DNA of 64,000 nt from a virus. Both the position numbers and the translations under genes were made by a program. The notes beneath the pieces were generated by a model. It did no database searches, had not been told where the DNA came from, and saw only the letters and a program-made list of their open reading frames with translations. Of the stretch, positions 8,362-15,966 are shown piece after piece (the first letter of the stretch is position 1; each line of letters starts with the position of its first letter). The stretch spans positions 1-64,000 of the IMG/VR virus record IMGVR_UViG_3300037307_000719. One strand, given 5' to 3'.

Positions 8362-9357
8362 TTACGAAAGCGCCTTGATGTTGTCGCAGGCCCAGTTGGT
8401 GAAGGCGGAGGTGTTTTGGAGGGAGGATTCGCGGGCGAGGGCATCCCTTACGGCGAAGACCTCGTGTTCCTTGGGCAGGCGTTTGAGGTATTTGGTGATG
8501 GAGTCGAAGTTGGTTTTGGTGGCGCGGAGGCTGAGGGCTACGGCGATGGCGAAGAGGGTTGCGGCGTCTTCGGCGGCGGGGACGCGGGCCTTGTCCGGGT
8601 TTTTGATGCATTCGTCGGGGTCCGGCAGGTTGCGATAGACCTTGAGGAAACCGAGGAACTCGGCGGCCCAGCCCTCGCCGCAGGCACCGGCGAGGATGTC
8701 ATGGGTGTGGAGACCGGCGGCAAAGAGGCGTGCGGCGGCGGCGACGGTGCGTGGGGATGGGGAATTGGTCAGTTCGCGGGTGGGTTTGAAGGCGTGGAGG
8801 ACGTCCATGCCGCGGAACATGACGAAGGCGAGGATTTCCTCGCGGATGTTGTTTTTCTGAGCCCAGCGGACCCACTCGACGTGGTCGGCGTGGAGTTCGA
8901 TGATGGTGTCCCAGCGGGATTTTACGGGTTCGAGGATGGACTGGACGCCGGCCATGTGGGAGGAGTCATTGGTTGCGCCGCAGAAGACGACTTCGTCGGA
9001 GATTTTGTGGCCGTCGATCTCGCGCTGCTGGATGAGCTGCATGAGGGCGGCCTGCACGGCATGGGGAGCCTGGCCGATGTCATCGATGAAGCAGATGGTG
9101 AGGGAATCCGCTTCGATGAGGCGGCGGAGCTGGCCGTAGGGGAGGAATTCCGCGTGTTTGCCGACGATGGCAGGGAGTCCCTTGAAGTCCACGGGGTCCG
9201 AGACGGCGGGGTGCATGATGACGAGGTCCGCCTTGGCGGAGCGAGCGGCGGCGGTGACGATGTCCGTCTTGCCGATGCCTGGAGCGCCCTTGATGAGGAT
9301 TTTGAGGCGGTTTTGGAAGGCGACGGAGAGGGTTTTGGTGAGTTGGGATGGTTTCAT
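8362..9357 (-). CDS. MoxR-like AAA+ ATPase
   Basis: Starts MKPSQL (ATG 9355-9357). Walker A is GAPGIGKT and Walker B is LTICFIDDI. The upstream part of ORF 8362..9558 is read-through of the repeat array. Confidence 0.9.
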   Translation of the reverse strand: MKPSQLTKTLSVAFQNRLKILIKGAPGIGKTDIVTAAARSAKADLVIMHPAVSDPVDFKGLPAIVGKHAEFLPYGQLRRLIEADSLTICFIDDIGQAPHAVQAALMQLIQQREIDGHKISDEVVFCGATNDSSHMAGVQSILEPVKSRWDTIIELHADHVEWVRWAQKNNIREEILAFVMFRGMDVLHAFKPTRELTNSPSPRTVAAAARLFAAGLHTHDILAGACGEGWAAEFLGFLKVYRNLPDPDECIKNPDKARVPAAEDAATLFAIAVALSLRATKTNFDSITKYLKRLPKEHEVFAVRDALARESSLQNTSAFTNWACDNIKALS

Positions 9358-9360
9358 AGG

Positions 9361-9421
9361 GGTAAAAGCTGAAATTTTGAAAAGCTGAAATGCTGAAAAG
9401 CTGAAATGCTGAAAAAAGAGG
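9361..9421 (+). repeat. GCTGAAAN octamer array (direct, about 6 units)
   Basis: Abuts the AAA gene start (9357). Confidence 0.9.
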
Positions 9422-9643
9422 TCAGTAGGCGATGTGGATGGGGGCGATTTTGCGGCGGTGCCAGCCGCGGCGGTGGCGCTCGCGGGCGGTGATTTTGCGG
9501 AGGCGTTGTGATTCCATGAGTGCCTGATGGCGGGCATGGCGGGATTGGAGGTCGGCAAGGGCTTGCTCGACGTTTTCCGGGGTGATTTCAGGGGTGGTTT
9601 TCAATTTCTTGGGCATGGTGTTGTTGGGTGCTTGGTTGGACAT
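9422..9643 (-). CDS. Small basic hypothetical protein; first gene after an AT-rich promoter region
   Basis: Starts MSNQAPNN (ATG 9641-9643). An alternative ATG lies at 9614-9616. Confidence 0.55.
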   Translation of the reverse strand: MSNQAPNNTMPKKLKTTPEITPENVEQALADLQSRHARHQALMESQRLRKITARERHRRGWHRRKIAPIHIAY

Positions 9644-9710
9644 TGGAATAAAATTCAATAGTTGGTAAAGTTGACAAGAAAAAATGGTGATAACGCCAAA
9701 ATTTGGGGAA

Positions 9711-9728
9711 TTGTTCCACGTGGAACAA
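9711..9728. promoter_or_regulatory. 18-bp perfect palindrome TTGTTCCACGTGGAACAA next to an AT-rich promoter-like stretch (operator candidate)
   Basis: Read directly from the sequence. The AT-rich region 9644-9710 lies upstream (minus sense) of gene 9422..9643. Confidence 0.5.
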
Positions 9729-9730
9729 GA

Positions 9731-9780
9731 GAGTGAGCAGTGATCAGTGAGCAGTGATCAGTGATCAGTGGAGGAGAAGA
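9731..9780 (+). repeat. GTGA(T/G)CA heptamer array + GTGGAGGAGAAGA
   Basis: GAGTGAGCAGTGATCAGTGAGCAGTGATCAGTGATCAGTGGAGGAGAAGA. It lies between the 18-bp operator-like palindrome and a 14-bp palindrome copy. Confidence 0.9.
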
Positions 9781-9794
9781 CCCTTGTGCAAGGG
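9781..9794. repeat. Palindrome variant CCCTTGTGCAAGGG
   Basis: Intergenic. Central CpG transition. Confidence 0.9.
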
Positions 9795-9797
9795 TGC

Positions 9798-9830
9798 GAA
9801 AAAGCCCGCTGTCCGGGGGACGAGCGGGCT
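9798..9830 (-). terminator. Rho-independent terminator (minus strand)
   Basis: Stem AGCCCGCT / AGCGGGCT, with a T-run on the minus strand (complement of GAAAAA). Confidence 0.7.
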
Positions 9831-10009
9831 GGTGGAGGGAGGGAAAGAGGAGCCCCGGCGCGGGCGGCGGGAGCCGCAGATATGGCCTACAATACAGACA
9901 TAAACGCCAGGGAAACCGCGTCGGGGCAGGGGTCCGTCACGCCCTTGCGGGCGGTCCTGCCAAAGACGGAAGCGGGACGGTCGATGGCAACGAGGCCAAA
10001 GGGAGGAAA

Positions 10010-10306
10010 TCAGGTGGTGGCGGGGCCGTCAAGTTGGCTTTCGACCCAGGAGTGGAGCTGGTCGCGGATGAAATCGGTGGGCGGTTCATCGGCGATGAAG
10101 AGGAGGAGGCCGTTGACTTCCTCCTCGTTGTCGGCGGAGCTTGGGGTGAAGCCGGATTGGTTGATGACGACGGCGTGGCGTCCGTCTGGTAGAGTGAGGG
10201 GTTTCCAGATGGTGTTGCAGCCGGGAGGGATGGCGGGGGTGTCGAGTCCGTGTTCGGCGAGGAAGGCGAGGACTTGGCGGTGCTGGAGGAGGGCGGAGAT
10301 ATTCAT
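10010..10306 (-). CDS. Hypothetical protein
   Basis: Starts MNISALLQH. ATGA overlap at 10303-10306. The long Pro/Arg-rich N-terminal part of ORF 10010..10786 is rejected. Confidence 0.65.
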   Translation of the reverse strand: MNISALLQHRQVLAFLAEHGLDTPAIPPGCNTIWKPLTLPDGRHAVVINQSGFTPSSADNEEEVNGLLLFIADEPPTDFIRDQLHSWVESQLDGPATT

Positions 10307-10608
10307 GTCGTGGTGGATGGGTGGGCGGTGCGTTTTTTGAGCAGGATGGCGTAGCCTTTGGGTTTGAGCGGGCGGGTTTTGACGAGGAGGAAGCCGTGGG
10401 AATCTTCCTGCTTGAGAAAGGTGGTGCCGGACGGGAGGGTGATTTCCCAGCTTTTTTTGCCGATGCGGCGGAGGATGGCGTCGCGGTTTTCGTGGTAGGA
10501 ATAAGCGGAATACCAGCCGCCGCGCCTTCTGTGATTGGTGCAGGTGGTCCACTGGATGTGGCCGCGGAGGTGTTTGATGGCGTCGAGGACGGTGGTGCGG
10601 AAGGACAT
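10303..10608 (-). CDS. Hypothetical protein
   Basis: 101-aa ORF. The ATG is directly preceded by a CTGCTCA heptamer leader. Confidence 0.7.
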   Translation of the reverse strand: MSFRTTVLDAIKHLRGHIQWTTCTNHRRRGGWYSAYSYHENRDAILRRIGKKSWEITLPSGTTFLKQEDSHGFLLVKTRPLKPKGYAILLKKRTAHPSTTT

Positions 10609-10610
10609 GG

Positions 10611-10646
10611 GAGTGAGCAGTGAGCAGTGAGCAGTGGAGGAGAAGA
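10611..10646 (+). repeat. GTGAGCA heptamer array + GTGGAGGAGAAGA
   Basis: Abuts the start at 10608. A palindrome copy follows. Confidence 0.9.
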
Positions 10647-10659
10647 CCCTTGCGCAAGG
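10647..10659. repeat. Palindrome copy CCCTTGCGCAAGG (13)
   Basis: Intergenic. Confidence 0.9.
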
Positions 10660-10689
10660 TTGGGCTTTGCGTTGCTGCGCCCGAACAAG

Positions 10690-10947
10690 TCAGGCGACGG
10701 CGGCGAGGGTTTTGAGCGCTTCGATTTCGACGGCTTTGAGTTGCCAGCACCAGGTCATGTCGAGTTCGACATGCCAGCCGGGGCATTCGCAGCCGCCTTG
10801 GGCGAGGCGGCGGAGCTTGGCGCGGATTTCCTCATTGGTCATCTGGCCGAAGTCGAGAATGAGGGTGGAGCGGCATTTGAGGCAGGAAAAGCGGACGCGG
10901 CGGGAGCCGTCTTCATCGCAGCGGTAGGGTGTAAGGATGTCGCTCAT
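10690..10947 (-). CDS. Small Cys-rich (zinc-ribbon-like) protein
   Basis: Starts MSDILTPYRCDE. Contains Cys pairs CLKC and CEC. ATGA overlap at 10944-10947. Confidence 0.65.
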   Translation of the reverse strand: MSDILTPYRCDEDGSRRVRFSCLKCRSTLILDFGQMTNEEIRAKLRRLAQGGCECPGWHVELDMTWCWQLKAVEIEALKTLAAVA

Positions 10948-11147
10948 GGCTGGAGGGTTTCGAGGATGGTGCCGTGGCGGTGGAGCATGGAAACGGCGTT
11001 TTGCGGGCAGTAGTGGAAGGGGTGTTCGGCAAAGTCGTCGGTGGAGTAGCGGTCGAGCACGACGCAAATCGGCACGCCGGACATATCGGCGGTTTTAGCG
11101 GCATCTTTGCAGATAGCGATGAAGTGAGGCAGGGCGGCTTGAAGCAC
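10944..11147 (-). CDS. Hypothetical protein
   Basis: 67-aa ORF with a GTG start at 11145-11147. Confidence 0.5.
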   Translation of the reverse strand: MLQAALPHFIAICKDAAKTADMSGVPICVVLDRYSTDDFAEHPFHYCPQNAVSMLHRHGTILETLQP

Positions 11148-11181
11148 GGCGGAGGCTTCGGCGGAAAAAGGTCGGGAGTGT

Positions 11182-11820
11182 TCATGCGGCGACCTTGATG
11201 TTCATGCGGTGAAGGACAAGGGAGGCGATGGCTTGCTCGGGGGATGGGGCCATGATCCAGTGGTAGGTGGAGCGGGCCAGGTAGGAGGTGTGGTGTTGGG
11301 TGCGGCCGATCCAGTCGTGGCGGCAGTGGCGGAAGGTTGTCCACTCGGCGCGGGTGACGCCGGGGTGATCCGGGAGAGGGGTGAGAATGGCGTTGCGTGG
11401 GACAATGCGGGTGGCCTGATGGGTGGATTTGAGGCGGGTGAGCTTGCAGGTGAAGCTGGACAGGCCGCCGGTGTAGATTTTTCCGGAGTAGATGAAGGGG
11501 ACGTCGGTGGGGAGGAATTGGATGTCGATGCGGGCGACGCCGTACCAGTTGTGGCCTTTGGGGTTGAAGCCGATGCTGAACGGTTTGTTGAAGCCGTAGG
11601 GTTCGTGGTAGGTGGAGGATTCAGACCAATCCGGGGAGTGGATGGTGATGGACGGCACCTCCATGTTTTCGGCGGAGGAGATCTGGTAATGGACGGGGAT
11701 TTTGTCGTAGGGTTGGTGGTCGGGGCGGTGCTGGCGGAAGTAATGGGAGCAGTCCTTGTAGTATTTCCAGAAGTGAAGATCGGCCTCGCACCAGAGGGTT
11801 TCGTGGGTTCCGTGGGTCAT
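11182..11820 (-). CDS. Hypothetical protein
   Basis: 212-aa ORF rich in aromatic and His residues, non-repetitive. The ATG abuts an octamer array. Confidence 0.8.
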   Translation of the reverse strand: MTHGTHETLWCEADLHFWKYYKDCSHYFRQHRPDHQPYDKIPVHYQISSAENMEVPSITIHSPDWSESSTYHEPYGFNKPFSIGFNPKGHNWYGVARIDIQFLPTDVPFIYSGKIYTGGLSSFTCKLTRLKSTHQATRIVPRNAILTPLPDHPGVTRAEWTTFRHCRHDWIGRTQHHTSYLARSTYHWIMAPSPEQAIASLVLHRMNIKVAA

Positions 11821-11822
11821 GG

Positions 11823-11864
11823 GGTAAAAGCTGAAAGGTGAAAGCTGAAACGCTGAAATGAAAA
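11823..11864 (+). repeat. GCTGAAAN octamer array (direct)
   Basis: Abuts the start at 11820, with a terminator hairpin on its other side. Confidence 0.9.
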
Positions 11865-11892
11865 GCCCGCTGTCCGGTGGGACGAGCGGGCG
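11861..11892 (-). terminator. Rho-independent terminator (minus strand), near-identical copy of 9798-9830
   Basis: Stem GCCCGCT / AGCGGGC followed on the minus strand by TTTTCATTT. Confidence 0.7.
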
Positions 11893-11914
11893 GGGTCATG
11901 GGAAGGAAATGGAC

Positions 11915-12130
11915 TTATTGGTCCAAGTGAGGCAAACTTTGGATGTTTTTGATGGGGAAGTCGGAGAGGGTGAGGTTGGTGACTTTGAAGCCGTGGCGGA
12001 GGGCGAGGGTAGCGAGGAAGGGGGACTTTAGGACGAGCCGATGGATTTCCTCATGACGCTGCCGCGATTCGGCAAGAGACAGGCGGCGCTTGGGTTTGAT
12101 GGCGTGGATGGAGTAGGGGCGGCGTTTCAT
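11915..12130 (-). CDS. Hypothetical protein
   Basis: 71-aa ORF. ATGA overlap at 12127-12130. A terminator hairpin lies downstream. Confidence 0.6.
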   Translation of the reverse strand: MKRRPYSIHAIKPKRRLSLAESRQRHEEIHRLVLKSPFLATLALRHGFKVTNLTLSDFPIKNIQSLPHLDQ

Positions 12131-12372
12131 GGTGTTTCTTCCGGTTGGAAGGGAATTGATGCGTAATCGCCGTTGAGGGAGTATTCCGCTGCGGTGGCGA
12201 TCCTCACTGGGACATCTTCAAACCAGCAGTTTCGCAGGTATTCCTCGACCCGGTGATAAGGCCACCACCAGAAGTCTTCAAAGCCGGGAGTATTTTTGAA
12301 GCCAACGGCCACAAGCACACAGCGGTCTCGCACATGCTGTTGGAGAGGGGGACGAAAGGAGTTCCAGTTCAT
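12127..12372 (-). CDS. Hypothetical protein
   Basis: Starts MNWNSF (ATG 12370-12372), 5 nt after the upstream stop. Confidence 0.65.
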   Translation of the reverse strand: MNWNSFRPPLQQHVRDRCVLVAVGFKNTPGFEDFWWWPYHRVEEYLRNCWFEDVPVRIATAAEYSLNGDYASIPFQPEETP

Positions 12373-12377
12373 ACGGG

Positions 12378-13250
12378 TCACGCGGCTTCTTCGGTTAGGG
12401 CGGAGTCTTCCATCCATGGGGCCATGGTGGCGAGGATGGAGTTGGCTTTGTCGAGGGCGCGGGAGCGGTCGGAGCGGGACTCGGTGAGGGTCTCGGGGTG
12501 GAGGGAGCAGATCTGGGACTGGATGGACTGGCGGAGGGACTCGATTTCGGGGTCATCGAGGACGTTGATGTCAGGGAGGGAGTGGCAGAGGTCGCGGAGG
12601 GAGTTGAGGGTGGCGTCGGTGAGGCGGGAATCCGGGTTGGCGAGGCGTTCGACGAGGGCGGCGACGGGGGCGGCGATGCGGCGGTAGAGGTCGCGGGTGG
12701 CGTTGGTTTCCGCTTGTTGGACGCGGGCGTCGAGGGAGGCCTGGACCTCGGCCATGTCCTCGGAGGCGAGGGTGACGCGGAAGTCTTCCTTGTGGGGGAC
12801 GGGGGTGGCGGAAATCTCGCAGCGGAAGCGGCGGGCGGCCTCGAAGCGGTGGGGGTATTCGTCTTCCTTGAAGAGGGAGCCGCGCATTTCGCGGGCTTGG
12901 TTGATCCATTCGTCGTAGTGATCGATGAACCCTTGCACAAGGGTCTCGCGCTTGAAGCGGAGGTCGCGGATTTTTTCCATGTACTCGGTGAAGATGCGGG
13001 AGGCGATGATGCGCTCGCCCTTGTCCATCCATGGGAGGGTCTTGGAGTAGTGGAAGGAGCGGATCTGGCCGTCGATGGAGCGGATGGGTTCCATAGCGGC
13101 GCGGGGCCAGAGGCGGGACATCCAGCGTCCGGCATCGGCATCGGCCTGTTGCTGGAAGAGGACGTCACGGGTGATGTCCTTGTCCTGGCGGGTGGAAGGG
13201 ATGCCGGTGAGGGTCAAGCTGATGAGGAGGGATTTGTCGTGGAGGCTCAT
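12378..13250 (-). CDS. Conserved phage/plasmid-type protein, unknown function
   Basis: 290 aa, starts MSLHDKS (ATG 13248-13250) and abuts an octamer array. The upstream part of ORF 12378..13664 is rejected as repeat read-through. Confidence 0.85.
   Translation of the reverse strand: MSLHDKSLLISLTLTGIPSTRQDKDITRDVLFQQQADADAGRWMSRLWPRAAMEPIRSIDGQIRSFHYSKTLPWMDKGERIIASRIFTEYMEKIRDLRFKRETLVQGFIDHYDEWINQAREMRGSLFKEDEYPHRFEAARRFRCEISATPVPHKEDFRVTLASEDMAEVQASLDARVQQAETNATRDLYRRIAAPVAALVERLANPDSRLTDATLNSLRDLCHSLPDINVLDDPEIESLRQSIQSQICSLHPETLTESRSDRSRALDKANSILATMAPWMEDSALTEEAA
12930..12943. repeat. Palindrome variant CCCTTGCACAAGGG
   Basis: Inside gene 12378..13250. Confidence 0.9.
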
Positions 13251-13253
13251 GGT

Positions 13254-13299
13254 GGTAAATGCTGAAATTCTGAAACACTGAAAAGCTGAAATGAAGAGG
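13254..13299 (+). repeat. GCTGAAAN octamer array (direct)
   Basis: Abuts the start at 13250. Confidence 0.9.
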
Positions 13300-13321
13300 C
13301 GATGGGGAGGGATGAGTGGGG

Positions 13322-13714
13322 TTAGAGTGATCCGTGAGCCGTGGAAGAGGCCAGGAGAGGAATGGTTTTGTTGCGGATGGCGCGGGTGTATTGGACTTTG
13401 GCATCGGGCGGGAGGGAGGCGAAGTCTTGGGGGCCGGCGGGTGTCATGACGCGGGCGGAGATGCAGCAGCCTTGGCCGGAGCCCATGAAGGCGGGGAGGT
13501 CTGGGATTTCGCGGTGGATGAAGGCGAGGGTGGACGGCGGGAGGTAGTGCCCGGGGTTTGCCATGAGGCCGCAGCGGGATTGGTCGGGGTTGGTTTCGTC
13601 CCATTCGAGGGCCGGGCAGGAGGAGCCGGGGCGGGCACCGATGAAGGACTGGGCGGCGGGGCAAGGGGTGGCGAGGCAGCAGAGTCCGCAGTGGGTGCAG
13701 GGATGGGGGAACAT
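13322..13714 (-). CDS. YkgJ-like Cys-rich metal/Fe-S-binding protein (CxxCxxCC family)
   Basis: N-terminal CTHCGLCC plus further Cys residues (SSCP, RCG, GCC). 130 aa. Confidence 0.8.
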   Translation of the reverse strand: MFPHPCTHCGLCCLATPCPAAQSFIGARPGSSCPALEWDETNPDQSRCGLMANPGHYLPPSTLAFIHREIPDLPAFMGSGQGCCISARVMTPAGPQDFASLPPDAKVQYTRAIRNKTIPLLASSTAHGSL

Positions 13715-13716
13715 GG

Positions 13717-13827
13717 GGTAAAAGCTGAAATTTTGAAACGCTGAAACGCTGAAATGAAGAGGAAGAAAAGGGAGTGGAGCGCTCTGATTTCAGCTTTTCA
13801 GTATTTCAGCATTGCAGCTTTTTTTGA
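13717..13827. repeat. Inverted pair of GCTGAAAN arrays (long hairpin)
   Basis: Left arm 13717-13761, right arm 13786-13826, followed by TTTTTTT. It abuts the start at 13714. Confidence 0.85.
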
Positions 13828-13920
13828 AAGGGACGGCCCGCCGTGGCGGGGTGCAATGGCTGGCTCCGGTCCCGGGATGACGGCGGGTGGAGTGCCACGG
13901 CGGGCAGAGGGGGAAGAGCC

Positions 13921-13953
13921 GAGTGATCAGTGATCAGTGATCAGTGATCAGTG
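13921..13953 (+). repeat. GTGATCA heptamer array x4 (four GATC sites)
   Basis: GAGTGATCAGTGATCAGTGATCAGTGATCAGTG. It overlaps the 3' end of the 36-aa ORF. Confidence 0.9.
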
Positions 13954-14044
13954 CAAGATAGAGGAGGGTGGCGACGGCGGCGGTCCAGGCGAGCAGGGCG
14001 AGGATGGCGGGCAGGGCGGAGTCGTGGTGGAGGTGGAGTTTCAT
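13934..14044 (-). CDS. 36-aa hydrophobic peptide
   Basis: MKLHLHHDSALPAILALLAWTAAVATLLYLALITDH. ATGA overlap with the dnaN stop. Its 3' end and stop lie inside the GTGATCA array. Confidence 0.4.
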   Translation of the reverse strand: MKLHLHHDSALPAILALLAWTAAVATLLYLALITDH

Positions 14045-15168
14045 GCGGCGGCTTCGGTTTTGGTTTCGGTGGTGATGCGCATGGGCATGAGGACGACGAG
14101 GGCGGTGGGGTTGCGGAGGACACCGGGGGACATGGAATCCGAGAGGTGGAGGGTTCCGGGGACGGCTTCGATGGCGTCGGCGAGGAAGTGGGGGTTGAAG
14201 GCGATGGGTGGAGGGTTTCCCCTGAGCAGGGCGGTGGTGGTGAGGCGGCGGGATTTGCCTTGGGAGAGGTCGATGAAGTGAGGGAGGCGCGGAGTGAGGG
14301 AGAGGGCATCCGAGGAAGGGAGGGAACGGAGCCACTTGGCGACGCCGTCGGGGTCCGAAAACGTGACGGAGGAGGTGAGGGATTCCGGATGGGGGATGAC
14401 CTGGCGGTAGTTGGGGAAATTTCCGTCGATGAGTTTGGTGACGATTTGCCATTCCGGAGTGCGGACGGAAAGGAAGCGGACTTTGGTATGGTCCGAGTGG
14501 ATGGCAGCGGCGGCGGCAACGGGGCCGAGGCGTGCGATGGCGATGCAGGCTTTTGACGGGACGATGGCGGGTTCCGGAGTGACCTTGGCTGGGACGTGGA
14601 AGAGGCGGCGGCCATCGGTGGCGACGACGGTGCCGCCCATTTCAGGATCGAGCAGGGCGCCGTTGAGGACGTAGCGGGAGTCGTCCTTCGACTGGAAGGG
14701 GATGGAGGCGGCGATGACTTGGAGGGACTTTGCGGGGAGGAGGCAGAGGTGATCCGTGGATGGTATGGGCGGTGGGGCTGGGAACTCGGAAGTGGGGAAA
14801 GAATCGAGTTCGGCCCGGGCGGACATGCCCGCGCTGACGTAGAGGCAGACGGCGTCCGGGGTGTTTGAGGAGAAGCGTTTCGAGTGTGGGGCGAAGCTGA
14901 TGCGGACGGGTGTTTTGCGATCCGGCTTGATGGCGGCGAGCTGCTTGAAGTCGAGGCAGACGGAGCCCGGGGTGGAGGGATCATCAAGAAGGAACTGCTG
15001 GAACAGGGTGAGATCGAGGTCGGTGGAGGCGACTTCGAGATTGCGTCCGCAAGGGGAGACGGTGAAGCGGATGGAGCCGAGGATGGGCAGGCGGGGCTTG
15101 CCATCCATGGCGAGCTTGGCGCGGCGGAGGAGATCGGCAAAGACGGAGGATGGGATGGAGAGATACAT
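14041..15168 (-). CDS. dnaN: DNA polymerase III beta sliding clamp
   Basis: 375 aa. Contains KLIDGNFPNYRQVIP and the C-terminal VVLMPMR, both canonical clamp motifs. Confidence 0.93.
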   Translation of the reverse strand: MYLSIPSSVFADLLRRAKLAMDGKPRLPILGSIRFTVSPCGRNLEVASTDLDLTLFQQFLLDDPSTPGSVCLDFKQLAAIKPDRKTPVRISFAPHSKRFSSNTPDAVCLYVSAGMSARAELDSFPTSEFPAPPPIPSTDHLCLLPAKSLQVIAASIPFQSKDDSRYVLNGALLDPEMGGTVVATDGRRLFHVPAKVTPEPAIVPSKACIAIARLGPVAAAAAIHSDHTKVRFLSVRTPEWQIVTKLIDGNFPNYRQVIPHPESLTSSVTFSDPDGVAKWLRSLPSSDALSLTPRLPHFIDLSQGKSRRLTTTALLRGNPPPIAFNPHFLADAIEAVPGTLHLSDSMSPGVLRNPTALVVLMPMRITTETKTEAAA

Positions 15169-15170
15169 GG

Positions 15171-15280
15171 GGCAAAAGCTGAAAGGCTGAGAATCTGAAA
15201 GGCTGAAAGGAAGAGATGAAAAAAAGAGAGGAGGCTCTGATTTCAGCTTTTCAGATTCTCAGCATTTCAGCGTTTATTTT
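15171..15280. repeat. Inverted pair of GCTGAAAN arrays (long hairpin)
   Basis: The arms share the core GCTGAGAATCTGAAA. The loop contains GAGAGGAGG (CCUCCUCUC on the minus-strand RNA). It abuts the dnaN start at 15168. Confidence 0.9.
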
Positions 15281-15284
15281 TAGA

Positions 15285-15298
15285 CCCTTGTGCAAGGG
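15285..15298. repeat. Palindrome variant CCCTTGTGCAAGGG
   Basis: Intergenic. It abuts the stop of 15299..15475. Confidence 0.9.
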
Positions 15299-15475
15299 TC
15301 AGCGGGTGATGTAAGCGTTGAGACCGATGGTGACGGGCTTGCCCTTGACTGTGGCGGCGGTCTTGACGTTGCCCTTGGAGGAGGCGACGACGAGGGTTTT
15401 GCCGGAGGCGGAGGGGGTGGGGGTCTGCATGGGGATGCGGACGACGAGCATTCCGTTTTCGATGGTGACGTTCAT
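15299..15475 (-). CDS. Small conserved phage protein
   Basis: 58 aa, MNVTIENGMLVVRIPMQ..SGKTLVVASSKGN... The stop TGA directly abuts a palindrome copy. Confidence 0.65.
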   Translation of the reverse strand: MNVTIENGMLVVRIPMQTPTPSASGKTLVVASSKGNVKTAATVKGKPVTIGLNAYITR

Positions 15476-15494
15476 GGTGGTGGTGGTGGGTTGG

Positions 15495-15534
15495 AGTGAG
15501 AAGTGATCAGTGAGCAGTGAGCAGCGGAAGAGGT
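15495..15534 (+). repeat. GTGA(T/G)(C/A)A heptamer array
   Basis: GAGTGAGAAGTGATCAGTGAGCAGTGAGCAGCGGAAGAGG, 20 nt from the start at 15475. Confidence 0.85.
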
Positions 15535-15568
15535 CAGGAGCCGGACGGCGGCTTTGCCCTTGCAACGC

Positions 15569-15603
15569 AAAAAGGCCCGGCTGCCGTGAGGGGCAGCCGG
15601 GCC
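15569..15603 (-). terminator. Rho-independent terminator (minus strand)
   Basis: 12-bp perfect stem GGCCCGGCTGCC / GGCAGCCGGGCC, followed on the minus strand by TTTTTG. Confidence 0.75.
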
Positions 15604-15624
15604 TTGGGCGGGGCGGAAAAAGGT

Positions 15625-15933
15625 TCAAGGGGTTGGGTAAGAATCCGGATTCCACTGTGATTCTGGTGGGAAAGCGGGAAGAGGTGCCCAATGGCTAGGG
15701 TTAATGCTTTCCAATTCGTGATAAAGGAAATGGTAGGCATACTCCCACCATCCTTGAGGGAGGATCATGGTGGCGTAGCCGGATGAGGTTTCGACATTGT
15801 ATTCCAAAGACATTCCATCGGTCAAAACGCCGACGGTGATCCACTAATCGAAAGTGTCCCGTCGATCTTCCGGGCCGCAGAGCATGACGCGCTCATTGAT
15901 TGGCGGAAGGCGGTCTGTAACAGGAATCCACAT
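15625..15933 (-). pseudogene. DUF551-like phage gene interrupted by one in-frame TAG
   Basis: Reading from ATG 15931-15933 gives MWIPVTDRLPPINERVMLCGPEDRRDTFD-TAG-WITVGVLTDGMSLEY...SHWAPLP. Both halves are in the same frame and the TAG is at 15843-15845. Confidence 0.6.
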
Positions 15934-15966
15934 GATGGGGGAAGTTTGAAGGGAGGCGGAGAGGAA

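Noticed and set aside
8362-9558. N-terminal extensions of minus-strand ORFs that run through repeat arrays (for example 8362..9558, 12378..13664, 62609..62941, 5929..6258, 2521..3120, 4418..5206, 10010..10786).
   Set aside because: The TTTCAGC/CTGCTCA repeats have no stops on the minus strand, so the ORF caller reads through them (..FSFSAFQLF..). Internal ATGs that abut the arrays or overlap upstream stops (ATGA) give the coherent proteins.
13921-13953. P1-type pac site (clustered TGATCA hexamers).
   Set aside because: Similar arrays occur at several loci. The terminase is lambda Nu1/GpA-like, which predicts a cos site. The resemblance is kept only as a note under the heptamer finding.
15843-15845. 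Genome-wide TAG stop-codon reassignment suggested by the in-frame TAG in the DUF551-like gene.
   Set aside because: TAG terminates apparently complete genes (integrase at 54359-54361, glycosyltransferase at 49207-49209). No suppressor tRNA was found. A single nonsense mutation or sequencing error is simpler.
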